Source of the DNA: a virus
Strand: one strand, 5' to 3'
DNA: 52,990 nucleotides
IMG/VR virus record: IMGVR_UViG_3300045988_169541
Location: 1-52,990 of that record
The translations under genes and the position numbers were made by a program. Each line of letters begins with the position of its first letter. Positions within the stretch are counted from its first letter, which is position 1. This document shows positions 40,925 to 49,711 of this stretch, in pieces. The notes under the pieces are model-generated. The model saw nothing but the letters and a program-made list of their open reading frames with translations, made no database searches and was not told where the DNA came from.

Positions 40925-42353
40925 AGATTTGAGAAAAGGAGGTTTTGCGGGTGCAAAGGCCCGCTATAGCTTTCGATTAGTATGTATTTGTTTCGGATTA
41001 ATTGCCGTGGCTGCACTATTGTGTGTACTTTCCGGTGGAATTGGTTTAGGTGCAGGTGCAGTTTTAGCCGGGGTTGTCCCTGTTGGTTTTGCGTTACCGG
41101 ATGGGGTCGATTTCAATGAAAAGGAAAGAGCCGGATTAAAAGCGCTGGCAGATCATTTTAATGCTCAGTTTAAATCTTACGTTGATAATAAAATCAATGA
41201 GGAAAAACTGATGGAGAAAATGCAGGAAAAATTAAAGAGCTGGGCTGACGAAAACGGAATCTCGAAGGAGGCTTTTGAAAAAATGCAGAGTTCTTTGAAA
41301 GAACAGGGGAAAACAATTACCAGTTTGAAGGAGCAAGGAGTGCCGGTAAAAGGAGCACGAGGTTTAAAATCCGCGTTTGAAAAGAATTACGACAAATTTG
41401 TATCTGCGGTTAAAGATAATAAAGTCGGATTTTGTATAAAATCTGTAGATGAACATACTGCAGCAAACATTCAGACTACATCCAATAGCATAACCACTAC
41501 TTCCGGAGCAACTCTTGCGGAAGAAATAGGAGAGAATAACGAATTATTTATGAAACGGCGTGGCCGGGAATACATCCATGATATAGCCAATGTTACCGTT
41601 GTTGATGAAGTGCCTGAATCTTTTAACTTTTACGAAGAAGGAGACGAAAAAGGAGCTATTGCCGTTGTGTCTGAAAATGGATTAAAACCACAGGTACATT
41701 TAAGCCTGATTAAAAATAAAGTGGATGCAAAAAAAGCTGCTGGTTATATCGTTGTTACCGAGGAAATGCTAAAATGGCGTTCGCGTGCCTGGGCCCAAAT
41801 TCAGCGTCTTTTTAATGATAAAGTATGGAGAGACTATGAGAAACTATTGACAGAAGATTTGCTGTCTAATGCAACTGCTTACACTACCACAGCGCTCGAT
41901 GATACAATTGCTGCACCGACTGATTTTGATGCAATAGTTGCTTCAGTACTGCAACTTGAAAGCTTGGAATATAGACCGGACGTGCTGATTATTAATCCTG
42001 CGGATAAATGGAAACTTGCATTGACTCAGGCAAATAACGGCACTTTTATTCTGCCCTATATTCAGAATGGCGGAGAATTTTCTTTGCTTGGTCTTCGTGT
42101 AATTACTACTACCCGTATTGCATCCGGAACGTTCCTTATCGGAGAATCTGATACATGGTTTATTGAAGAAGAAGCACCACAAATAAGGACCGGGCTTGTT
42201 AACGACGATCTTATCCACAACCGGATGACAATTATCGGCGAATTATTCTTCCTATCCTATGTACCATCTAACAATGCCGGATCTTTTGTTAAGAGTACAT
42301 TCAGTACAGTAAAAGAAGCATTAAAAGCTCCTGAGGCAGGAGTTGGAGGATAG
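40902..42353 (+). CDS. Major capsid protein, HK97 fold, with N-terminal delta-like coiled coil
   Basis: Coiled-coil scaffold-like region, then AVVSENGLKPQVHLSL... typical of HK97-family capsids. Follows the protease. Has an unusual hydrophobic N-terminal segment. Confidence 0.8.
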   Translation: MKMKRMIKDLRKGGFAGAKARYSFRLVCICFGLIAVAALLCVLSGGIGLGAGAVLAGVVPVGFALPDGVDFNEKERAGLKALADHFNAQFKSYVDNKINEEKLMEKMQEKLKSWADENGISKEAFEKMQSSLKEQGKTITSLKEQGVPVKGARGLKSAFEKNYDKFVSAVKDNKVGFCIKSVDEHTAANIQTTSNSITTTSGATLAEEIGENNELFMKRRGREYIHDIANVTVVDEVPESFNFYEEGDEKGAIAVVSENGLKPQVHLSLIKNKVDAKKAAGYIVVTEEMLKWRSRAWAQIQRLFNDKVWRDYEKLLTEDLLSNATAYTTTALDDTIAAPTDFDAIVASVLQLESLEYRPDVLIINPADKWKLALTQANNGTFILPYIQNGGEFSLLGLRVITTTRIASGTFLIGESDTWFIEEEAPQIRTGLVNDDLIHNRMTIIGELFFLSYVPSNNAGSFVKSTFSTVKEALKAPEAGVGG

Positions 42354-42358
42354 ATAAC

Positions 42359-42379
42359 TCCGGGGCTTAGGTCCCCGGA
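42359..42379 (+). terminator. Hairpin after the capsid gene (partial terminator candidate)
   Basis: tccgggg-cttaggt-ccccgga. Weak T-tract. Confidence 0.45.
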
Positions 42380-42414
42380 TAGTTTAAATTAGTAACATAT
42401 TAAAAAATAATACA

Positions 42415-42588
42415 ATGGAAACAAAGGTAGAAAAAGAAGCAAGAGTTGTTTATAAGGACGATATGGTAAAGATTGTTTATACAAACAAAAGTGTATATCA
42501 CAAGGAAGGGGAAGAGGATTTTGTGCATCGGTTACAGGCCGAGAAGTTGGTAAAAAAAGGAGTTGCAAAAATGTCGCGCGGTAACTGA
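42415..42588 (+). CDS. Small protein (57 aa), not in the ORF track
   Basis: ATG..TGA read directly: METKVEKEARVVYKDDMVKIVYTNKSVYHKEGEEDFVHRLQAEKLVKKGVAKMSRGN. It fills the gap between the capsid gene and the next gene. Confidence 0.5.
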   Translation: METKVEKEARVVYKDDMVKIVYTNKSVYHKEGEEDFVHRLQAEKLVKKGVAKMSRGN

Positions 42589-42589
42589 T

Positions 42590-43108
42590 ATGTTTCTGGA
42601 TAACACATATTTTCAAGGAGAATTGTCGATCCCGAACCTGATATTCGTAGAACCGAAAGGAGTTGGAACGATGATCCAAGCCGTTAACGAACAGTCTTTC
42701 GATTGGTATTTGGGGAAATACGAAGTGAAATTCATGAATGAATTACTTGGTAGTGAGATGTATGCCAGAATGATGAAGGAGATAGAAGACGGGAATGAGT
42801 GGGGTAAGTTAAGGAATAAGATTTTTGTGTTTACAGGTTCGGGTAATAGCTATTCTCCTGCTGCAAACTATGTGTATTTTTACTCAATCCGGAGCATGCA
42901 GACACAGACATCACCCGAGGGAGAAGTTAGAGGCCGTAAAGATTATTCTTCTATCGTTTCTGTATCCCCAAAACTAGTAAGAGTATGGAACGATATGGTT
43001 GATATGATTGCGGATATCAGGGAATACGTAAATCAGAATGAAGTTCTGTACGGGAAATTGGGCGATGATGCAAGGTTGTTTAAATACATTAATACGTTTG
43101 GAATATGA
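42590..43108 (+). CDS. Head-tail connector/adaptor candidate (172 aa from ATG 42590)
   Basis: Assigned by position only. The ATG lies 2 nt after the previous stop. Confidence 0.45.
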   Translation: MFLDNTYFQGELSIPNLIFVEPKGVGTMIQAVNEQSFDWYLGKYEVKFMNELLGSEMYARMMKEIEDGNEWGKLRNKIFVFTGSGNSYSPAANYVYFYSIRSMQTQTSPEGEVRGRKDYSSIVSVSPKLVRVWNDMVDMIADIREYVNQNEVLYGKLGDDARLFKYINTFGI

Positions 43109-43752
43109 TTTCTCCTAATAAGCTTATCGGTAGCCTCGTTTTTCGTACTCGTAATGCGCTTGACTGGAATAAAGAGTTTAAGGACAATTTATTAAGTTAT
43201 CCTTACAGTAAAAATTGTTTGGTAAACAATCATTTTTTATTGTGGCATTATCCGGGTACAAATAACGAGATATCGAATGCATTACTTGAAATCGGTAAGC
43301 ATCCGAACGGAGCAAGACTAAAATTCCCTTCTTTTTTAAATTTTCAGCCAATCCGGCAAGAAAACAGGGGGAATGAGGTGACTATATTTTACAATATTGC
43401 AATTGTTGGTACTGTAAAAAGTACCTGGATGACTGAAAAACGGGAACACGAAGTATTTGAAAAGGTGCTCCGTCCTGTTTATGAAGAGTTTATTAGGCAA
43501 ATACAAGCTTGTAGATATTTCAAAACAGACTATGGGAAACCTGATCATACATACTATGAAATTTTTACTACTGGAGAGAGCGCCGGAGAAATAATAAAGA
43601 GATACGGAGATAATATTGATGCAATAGAAATACATGGTATGGCTTTAAAGCTTAATACGAATCTGTGCAAATCCGATTTCCTTACAATCGAACGCGAGAA
43701 TGCTGCAGTAACATCTGGTATTAAAGGAATTTTAAATTTTAGAGAAGAATGA
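43105..43752 (+). CDS. Head-tail joining / tail completion candidate (215 aa)
   Basis: Assigned by position only. ATGA overlaps on both sides. Confidence 0.45.
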   Translation: MISPNKLIGSLVFRTRNALDWNKEFKDNLLSYPYSKNCLVNNHFLLWHYPGTNNEISNALLEIGKHPNGARLKFPSFLNFQPIRQENRGNEVTIFYNIAIVGTVKSTWMTEKREHEVFEKVLRPVYEEFIRQIQACRYFKTDYGKPDHTYYEIFTTGESAGEIIKRYGDNIDAIEIHGMALKLNTNLCKSDFLTIERENAAVTSGIKGILNFREE

Positions 43753-44624
43753 GTATTGGACAAATTAAAAGTAATTGCAAAACAGCAACTCCCCTCACCG
43801 GGGCTGAAAGTTGTGCAAAACAGGAAGGGAAAGTATCAGCTTTGATTGTAACTGGCTTGAATGCGTACTTCCCTCTTGAAGATACGGATTTTACCGATGA
43901 ATTAGGAACCCATGTTTATGAATCCGGTCCTAACCGGATTTATCCGATTAAAAATATCGTTGGGATGACCATTTCCGGTGGGGATATCAATGCCCCGGAC
44001 CTCGGTACATACGGAGGCCCAGCACCGACAAACCTAAATGCGAAAAACGTGGCTTATCAGATTAATGCCGGCGATTGCATGTATAAAGAACTGGCAAAAT
44101 TTAATAAGCGGAAAGTACGTGTAATTAGAGTGGACGACGAAGGATATGCCTATGGTACAATAGTAAAAAGAGGAAGCGAATATTTTTTCGCAGGATATGA
44201 AGGAACTTTGTACACACAACGTACGCCGACAGATGGTTCAACTGCATATAATCTGTCTCTTTTCGTATATTATACTCCGAATAACGAAGATGAAGAAAAA
44301 ACCATGGCTGCAATAAATGTTGGTCTTGTGAATGTCCCTGACGGACTTTTAGGTGTTACTTTAAAAAAAGGGACAGCGAGTGGCTCGGCAACTGTAATTA
44401 CAGCATGCGGAGCAGAAGACATTACTTCGGAATATGGGGAGAAGTGGAAGGCAACGATGTTTTTAAATGCTTCAGGAGGATCCCCTACGACAGTTACATA
44501 TAATCAATCTACCGGTACTTTGACATTTGAACCCGCTGCAGCATACAGGATCGCGCCGGCGTCTGTATTAAATGCAGATATTCCCGGGATTGAAGGTATC
44601 AATGAACTAACCGATCTGTCATGA
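43749..44624 (+). CDS. Major tail (tube) protein with Ig-like C-terminal domain
   Basis: Position upstream of the chaperone and tape-measure genes. C-terminus GVTLKKGTASGSATVITACGAEDITSEY...TVTYNQSTGTLTFEP resembles Big/Ig-like decoration domains. Confidence 0.55.
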   Translation: MSIGQIKSNCKTATPLTGAESCAKQEGKVSALIVTGLNAYFPLEDTDFTDELGTHVYESGPNRIYPIKNIVGMTISGGDINAPDLGTYGGPAPTNLNAKNVAYQINAGDCMYKELAKFNKRKVRVIRVDDEGYAYGTIVKRGSEYFFAGYEGTLYTQRTPTDGSTAYNLSLFVYYTPNNEDEEKTMAAINVGLVNVPDGLLGVTLKKGTASGSATVITACGAEDITSEYGEKWKATMFLNASGGSPTTVTYNQSTGTLTFEPAAAYRIAPASVLNADIPGIEGINELTDLS

Positions 44625-44812
44625 AAGTTATAATGGGGAAATACGTGATAGACGTAAATGAAAGTGATATACGAAAGTCACGTAAAACATCATGGGTCAG
44701 CCAACGTGTGAAGGCTTTTGAGTGGACAGGAATTGACCGGGACGTACTTACGGAGAAATTTTCAGAAGTATTTGACAGTATTAAGGAATCTGATACCAAA
44801 GAGTCCGAATAG
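44621..44812 (+). CDS. Small hypothetical protein (63 aa)
   Basis: ATGA overlap with the tail tube gene. Followed by a strong terminator. Confidence 0.45.
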   Translation: MKVIMGKYVIDVNESDIRKSRKTSWVSQRVKAFEWTGIDRDVLTEKFSEVFDSIKESDTKESE

Positions 44813-44835
44813 TTTTATTTTGTTATTTTATCTGG

Positions 44836-44863
44836 AGGGGGTGGGTAGTTCCACCCCTTTATA
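44836..44863 (+). terminator. Rho-independent terminator after the tail tube module
   Basis: ggggtgg-gtagtt-ccacccc followed by tttatatt. Confidence 0.7.
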
Positions 44864-44865
44864 TT

Positions 44866-45372
44866 ATGGGGATAAGGGAATTAATAAGAAAATATACGAA
44901 AATTCAGGAAAATATAAAAAATATTCCTGCAGTAATTAACGGAATTGTAGCAAGGGATAAGGATATATTACTTTCCCTTAATAGAGATCAGATGTTGTTG
45001 GGACGTAATGCAGAAGGTGAAGTATTAACACCTTCATACCTTAACGATCCGTATTTTAAAAGCAATTTACAGGCTGAAGCATATGCCCGGATGAAATACA
45101 AACTCGAACAGGAGCATAAAGCGCGTATTGAAAATCCGACACTATATCCGGACAAAGACAAGGATACCCCCAATCTTATTGTGACCGGTCCGTTTCAGGA
45201 CAATATGTTTATTTTACCGGAAGGAGAAAGTTTTATTATTGGCTCATCATATCGAGATTCAAACGATATAGAGAATAAATATAACAATCTTGTATTTGGG
45301 ATATCTCCTGAATCAAAAGAATATTTCTATAAAAATTTTATCCATCCTGCTCTATTAAAACTATTACAATGA
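44866..45372 (+). CDS. Tail assembly chaperone candidate (G-like, 168 aa)
   Basis: Assigned by position between the tail tube and tape-measure genes. A slippery heptamer lies near its 3' end and the -1 frame is open downstream. Confidence 0.45.
   Translation: MGIRELIRKYTKIQENIKNIPAVINGIVARDKDILLSLNRDQMLLGRNAEGEVLTPSYLNDPYFKSNLQAEAYARMKYKLEQEHKARIENPTLYPDKDKDTPNLIVTGPFQDNMFILPEGESFIIGSSYRDSNDIENKYNNLVFGISPESKEYFYKNFIHPALLKLLQ
45333..45339 (+). promoter_or_regulatory. Candidate -1 programmed frameshift site A_AAT_TTT
   Basis: An X_XXY_YYZ heptamer in the zero frame of 44866..45372 (codons AAA AAT TTT). The last -1-frame stop (45330..45332) lies immediately upstream. The -1 frame stays open to 45566. 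Confidence 0.4.
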
Positions 45373-45566
45373 GTTGCGATTGTTTAAAGAAAAAGACTAC
45401 AGAGGCTGACAAAATAATGAATCAGGCACGTATTGAAAGTGAAATTGAAAAAAAAGATTATGTCGTATATGAAGAAGGGAACAAAACATTCTATGACCGG
45501 AAATCGTGTTGGCAAAAAGCGGGGAAACCCGGAAAAGTCAGAGGAATTATATTCTATTTACAGTAG
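45369..45566 (+). CDS. Candidate frameshift extension (T-like) or independent 65-aa ORF
   Basis: In the -1 frame relative to 44866..45372, with an ATGA overlap. It overlaps the start region of the next ORF. Confidence 0.35.
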   Translation: MSCDCLKKKTTEADKIMNQARIESEIEKKDYVVYEEGNKTFYDRKSCWQKAGKPGKVRGIIFYLQ

Positions 45567-46155
45567 TTGCTATGATTGTCCATTGAAGGTCTATATAGAA
45601 ATTGTATGTAATAATAATCTGGATGCTCTTATAATTTCTGGGAATCCACCAAAAACAGTATTAGAAGATGCGAATAATAAAATAATTTCCGGCTATGCGG
45701 AATTATCAGGGAGTAGTATATCAACGAGATATAATGTTCTGCTTAAAGATATTTATTCATACAGATCTCAGATTGTCGGACTGACATTATGTCTGCAAAT
45801 ACTTCCTATTACTCCGGATGCTGCAGTTGGAAATCTTTCTAAACTGGGAATGAGGTGTTCCATTCCTGAGAATAATGAAGATATGGATCGTTTAATCAGA
45901 AAAATTGATTCCCGCATAAAAGACAGATCAATCCGGCTGAAAAAGGCACAAAAGGAATTTGATAGTATCCAAAAAAGTAATAAAAGTAAAGCAATAACCC
46001 CTAAAGATTTTTATGATCAGCTTGCGATAATAAGCCGGTGGGCCGGATTCAGAATTTCAGTGGACATTACACTTGCAGAATATGCTGTATATATTAAGCA
46101 GATGTCGGAATATGTAGAACAGTCAAAATCAATGATCAATGGCAAGAAGTACTAA
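45460..46155 (+). CDS. Hypothetical tail-module protein (231 aa from ATG 45460)
   Basis: The ORF is open from 45433 (TTG), with ATGs at 45460, 45469 and 45493. It lies immediately upstream of the tape measure and overlaps it by 17 nt. Confidence 0.5.
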   Translation: MSYMKKGTKHSMTGNRVGKKRGNPEKSEELYSIYSSCYDCPLKVYIEIVCNNNLDALIISGNPPKTVLEDANNKIISGYAELSGSSISTRYNVLLKDIYSYRSQIVGLTLCLQILPITPDAAVGNLSKLGMRCSIPENNEDMDRLIRKIDSRIKDRSIRLKKAQKEFDSIQKSNKSKAITPKDFYDQLAIISRWAGFRISVDITLAEYAVYIKQMSEYVEQSKSMINGKKY

Positions 46156-49100
46156 AAATATGGAATTGGTACCACAGGAGGTACTAAATGAATTGATGGC
46201 ATTAGATGTCCAGTTAGACAAAACAAAATCTAATCTACTGGAAATTTTAAAACCGGTTGTTGATATTAATAATGAATTACAGAAATCAGCTACAAATTAC
46301 AAAACACTTACCGATTTAATCAATAAACAGAATCAGGTCGAAGCCAAAGCTATTGCCGAATTAGAAAAACATCGGGATACAATTAAACAAATTAAAATTC
46401 TTCAGGACAAACTAAGTTCTTATCAGAGTCAACAGACTAAAGATATAGAAATGTTACGGTCCGCAATTGAAGAACGTAAAAAATATAATGATGAAATTCA
46501 AAAGTCCGTAATAGCTAAACAAAAAGAATTTGAAGAGTCAACTAAAAGTGCAGATGGCATTAAACAGGAAGGGATTGCTTATAAAGAAATGGCCTCTGCA
46601 GCAAATAAAATCATAGGACTACGTAGTCAGAACATATCTTCCTTGATAAAAGAACAAGCTGCATTATCATCAGTGAAAGCAGAATTATCAAAGCTGAATA
46701 GAATAGAAAATGAAGGGAAAGAATTAACAGAAGAGCAAGTAGCTAGAAAACGAGAGTTGATAAATTCCGAGAAAGAGCATAAACAAATAATATCAGGTTT
46801 AAATCAGGTGATTCAAAACGATATTAAACTGAATCAGGCTGCTTCTGGATCAATGAATGAGATGGCTCAGTCTTTAAGTAAAGCAAGAATTGCATACCGA
46901 AATTTGACAGAAGAAGAAAGAAATTCACCATTTGGCCAAGAACTGTTAAAGTCAATACAAAAAACAGATTCGAAAATCAAAGAATTTGATGCATCTATTG
47001 GTAACCATCAACGTAATGTTGGTAATTATGCAGGAGGTTTTAATACTTTACAATATAGCGTCCAACAAGTTGCCAGAGAACTTCCATCATTGACAATGAG
47101 TCTTAGTCAATTTTTTCTGGCTATTTCAAATAACATACCGACCTTATCCGATGAAATAGTAAAAGCCAAGAATGCAAATGCAGCATTAAGAGCAGAAGGA
47201 AAGAAAGGGGTACCAGTTTGGAAACAGCTTATATCTTCCGTATTCTCCTGGCAAACAGCTTTAGTCGTTGGAATAACTGTAATTACTGCATACGGGAAAG
47301 AAATTAGTAATTTCTTTAAAGCATTGTTTGGAGCTAAGCAGGCATTAATTGAGGTAAGTGAAGTACAAAGGATATTTGGTGAAAATATAGCTAAAGATAC
47401 AATTGAGTTGGATGTAATGATTGACAAATTAAAAAATACGACAAAGGGGACAGAAGATTATAACAAAGCCCGGATGAAAATAATTGATAAATATGGTGAT
47501 TATCTGAAAGGGCAAAAAGATGAGATACGTAATCTAGAAGATTTGGATGCTGCATATAAGATATTAACTCAGTCGATAATTCAGAACTCTATTCAAAAAG
47601 GTTTACAAGAAGCTAATTCCAAAATGATAGAAGAATATAATAAAGGGATGGAATCTGCGTTAGGTGGTGTACTTGAAAAATTTGAGGAAAAATATGGTAA
47701 AGAAAAGGGAGCTGAAAAATTTATGACTTTTAAAATCGGTATTACATCCGATGATAAGGAGTTAAAGGATGCTGCAGAAAAAATATTTCACGAATTTGAT
47801 TTTGAGAATAGCATGTCTAATCCCATAGGAAAATCTTTCAAATATATTGAGAATCACATGCGTCCGGTTGTTAACAATATTATAAGAATAAATAATAATT
47901 TGAAGGACGCTCAGGAATCTTCATTAATCATGGAAAAAACTTTTCTAAAAGTTTTTGGGACTGATACGGTTAAGAAATCAGATTCATTGCTTGGGAAGCA
48001 GCAGGATTTAAGGAAAGAAGCAGAATTGTTGCCCGAAAGTACAGAAGAGGAACTCAAATTGAAAAATAAACGTTTAAAGCAAATAGATGATGAAATAAAA
48101 CGCCTTAAAGAGCTTGGTATAGAAACTGACAAACAAGCAAAGTCGAGAGAAAAAGAGGAAAGAAAAATTCATGATTATATTATAAAACTTCAGGAGAGGG
48201 AAAGAAATGCTTATAACCAAATGCTTTCTCTGAAAGAGAAAGAAGGTAGCGAAGCTAATAAAAGAATCGTTCAGGATGAAAGATTTTCTTATGAGGAACG
48301 CATCGAGGCCCTGAATAAATATAGTGAAGCTTTAAAAGCATCTGTAAAAACCAATGCATATGCTCAAATTGAGAAATTAATAAGAGAAACAACTATCGGA
48401 TTAGGTAAAGATCCGGATAACGAAAAAGACCGGGCTGAAGTTGCCCAGAAGGTTTCAAATCAGGTCCTTTTAATAAGACAAAAAGAGGCATTGGAAATAG
48501 AAAAGATTACAGAACAGAGTGCTAAAACCCAATTACAAATAGAGGAAGATAGAGTAAAAAAAATGCTTAAGTCTATTCAGGAAGAAGCAGATGCGCGAAG
48601 TAGGGCTATATCCGGGAAAGAATCAACAGAATACGATTATCTGGCCAAAGATTATAAAAAAGGTTTAATGTCCGAGGAAGTATATCAGTCTAAAAAAAAG
48701 GCTATTTCGGATAAATATGCTTTAATACGTTTTGATGAAGAACAAAAAATGTTGGAGCAACAATTAAATACTTTTGGTCTGAAAGAAGAAGAAAAGAATG
48801 ATATTGAAAGACGTTTGGCTGACAATCGCCTAGAATATGAAAAATGGGTAAATGAACAAGAGATTGCTGCAGCTGAGGCATTGGCAGAAAAGAAAAAAGA
48901 GCTTTTGCAGGATGTATTTAATTTCGGTCAACAGCTTATCGAGCAACGTTTCCAGAACCAACTTAATGCCCTTGAAGAAGAGTCTGAGGCAAATGATGAA
49001 TGGTCTGAGCGTGAGAAAGAACGTATTGACCGTTTGGAAGAAGCCGGTGCAATTTCAAAAGAGCAAGCGGATGCCAGAAAAGCAGTTGTGGATGATCAGG

Positions 49101-49711
49101 CTGCAGCCAGAGAAAATGAATTAGAGAATAAACGTGCTGAAATAAGGAAAAAACAAGCTGTATTTGAAAAAGCTATTGCAGTGGCAGATATTATGCGAGA
49201 GCTTGCTTCTGCGATTTTTAAAATTCAAGCAGAAGCTGCAGCAGCTGCTGCGATTCCTTTTGTTGGGGCTGCATTAGCAGCAGCAGCTTTAAGTCAAATA
49301 CCTTGGATAACTGCAATGGCTGGAGTACAAGCTGCAACAGTTCTAGCAACTCCTATCCCTGAATATGCACAAGGTACAGAAGATCACCCGGGAGGTCTGG
49401 CTATTGTTGGAGATGGTGGGAAATCTGAAATGATTATAGCAGGAGGAAAAGTTTTCCGCACTCCATCGACGGATACACTGGTCGATTTACCGCCTCATTC
49501 TGTCGTATTACCGGATTTTAATGCGGGAATGAATACATTGAAAGCTCCTGATATCCATATGAGTGATCGGGCTATTTCTTTTGAAGAACTTTCAGCTTTA
49601 TTAAAGGAGGGTAACCAAAAAACTGATACATTATTGAAAATGTTCCGTCAGAACATTAAAAATGAGTTGTATGCAAGAGAATTAAATAAAGTAAATCGTA
49701 TTACAAGATGA
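46139..49711 (+). CDS. Tape measure protein (1190 aa)
   Basis: Very long, coiled-coil rich. Internal hydrophobic segment (WQTALVVGITVITAYG) and an Ala-rich C-terminal segment (AAAAAAIPFVGAALAAAALSQIPW). Confidence 0.85.
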   Translation: MARSTKNMELVPQEVLNELMALDVQLDKTKSNLLEILKPVVDINNELQKSATNYKTLTDLINKQNQVEAKAIAELEKHRDTIKQIKILQDKLSSYQSQQTKDIEMLRSAIEERKKYNDEIQKSVIAKQKEFEESTKSADGIKQEGIAYKEMASAANKIIGLRSQNISSLIKEQAALSSVKAELSKLNRIENEGKELTEEQVARKRELINSEKEHKQIISGLNQVIQNDIKLNQAASGSMNEMAQSLSKARIAYRNLTEEERNSPFGQELLKSIQKTDSKIKEFDASIGNHQRNVGNYAGGFNTLQYSVQQVARELPSLTMSLSQFFLAISNNIPTLSDEIVKAKNANAALRAEGKKGVPVWKQLISSVFSWQTALVVGITVITAYGKEISNFFKALFGAKQALIEVSEVQRIFGENIAKDTIELDVMIDKLKNTTKGTEDYNKARMKIIDKYGDYLKGQKDEIRNLEDLDAAYKILTQSIIQNSIQKGLQEANSKMIEEYNKGMESALGGVLEKFEEKYGKEKGAEKFMTFKIGITSDDKELKDAAEKIFHEFDFENSMSNPIGKSFKYIENHMRPVVNNIIRINNNLKDAQESSLIMEKTFLKVFGTDTVKKSDSLLGKQQDLRKEAELLPESTEEELKLKNKRLKQIDDEIKRLKELGIETDKQAKSREKEERKIHDYIIKLQERERNAYNQMLSLKEKEGSEANKRIVQDERFSYEERIEALNKYSEALKASVKTNAYAQIEKLIRETTIGLGKDPDNEKDRAEVAQKVSNQVLLIRQKEALEIEKITEQSAKTQLQIEEDRVKKMLKSIQEEADARSRAISGKESTEYDYLAKDYKKGLMSEEVYQSKKKAISDKYALIRFDEEQKMLEQQLNTFGLKEEEKNDIERRLADNRLEYEKWVNEQEIAAAEALAEKKKELLQDVFNFGQQLIEQRFQNQLNALEEESEANDEWSEREKERIDRLEEAGAISKEQADARKAVVDDQAAARENELENKRAEIRKKQAVFEKAIAVADIMRELASAIFKIQAEAAAAAAIPFVGAALAAAALSQIPWITAMAGVQAATVLATPIPEYAQGTEDHPGGLAIVGDGGKSEMIIAGGKVFRTPSTDTLVDLPPHSVVLPDFNAGMNTLKAPDIHMSDRAISFEELSALLKEGNQKTDTLLKMFRQNIKNELYARELNKVNRITR

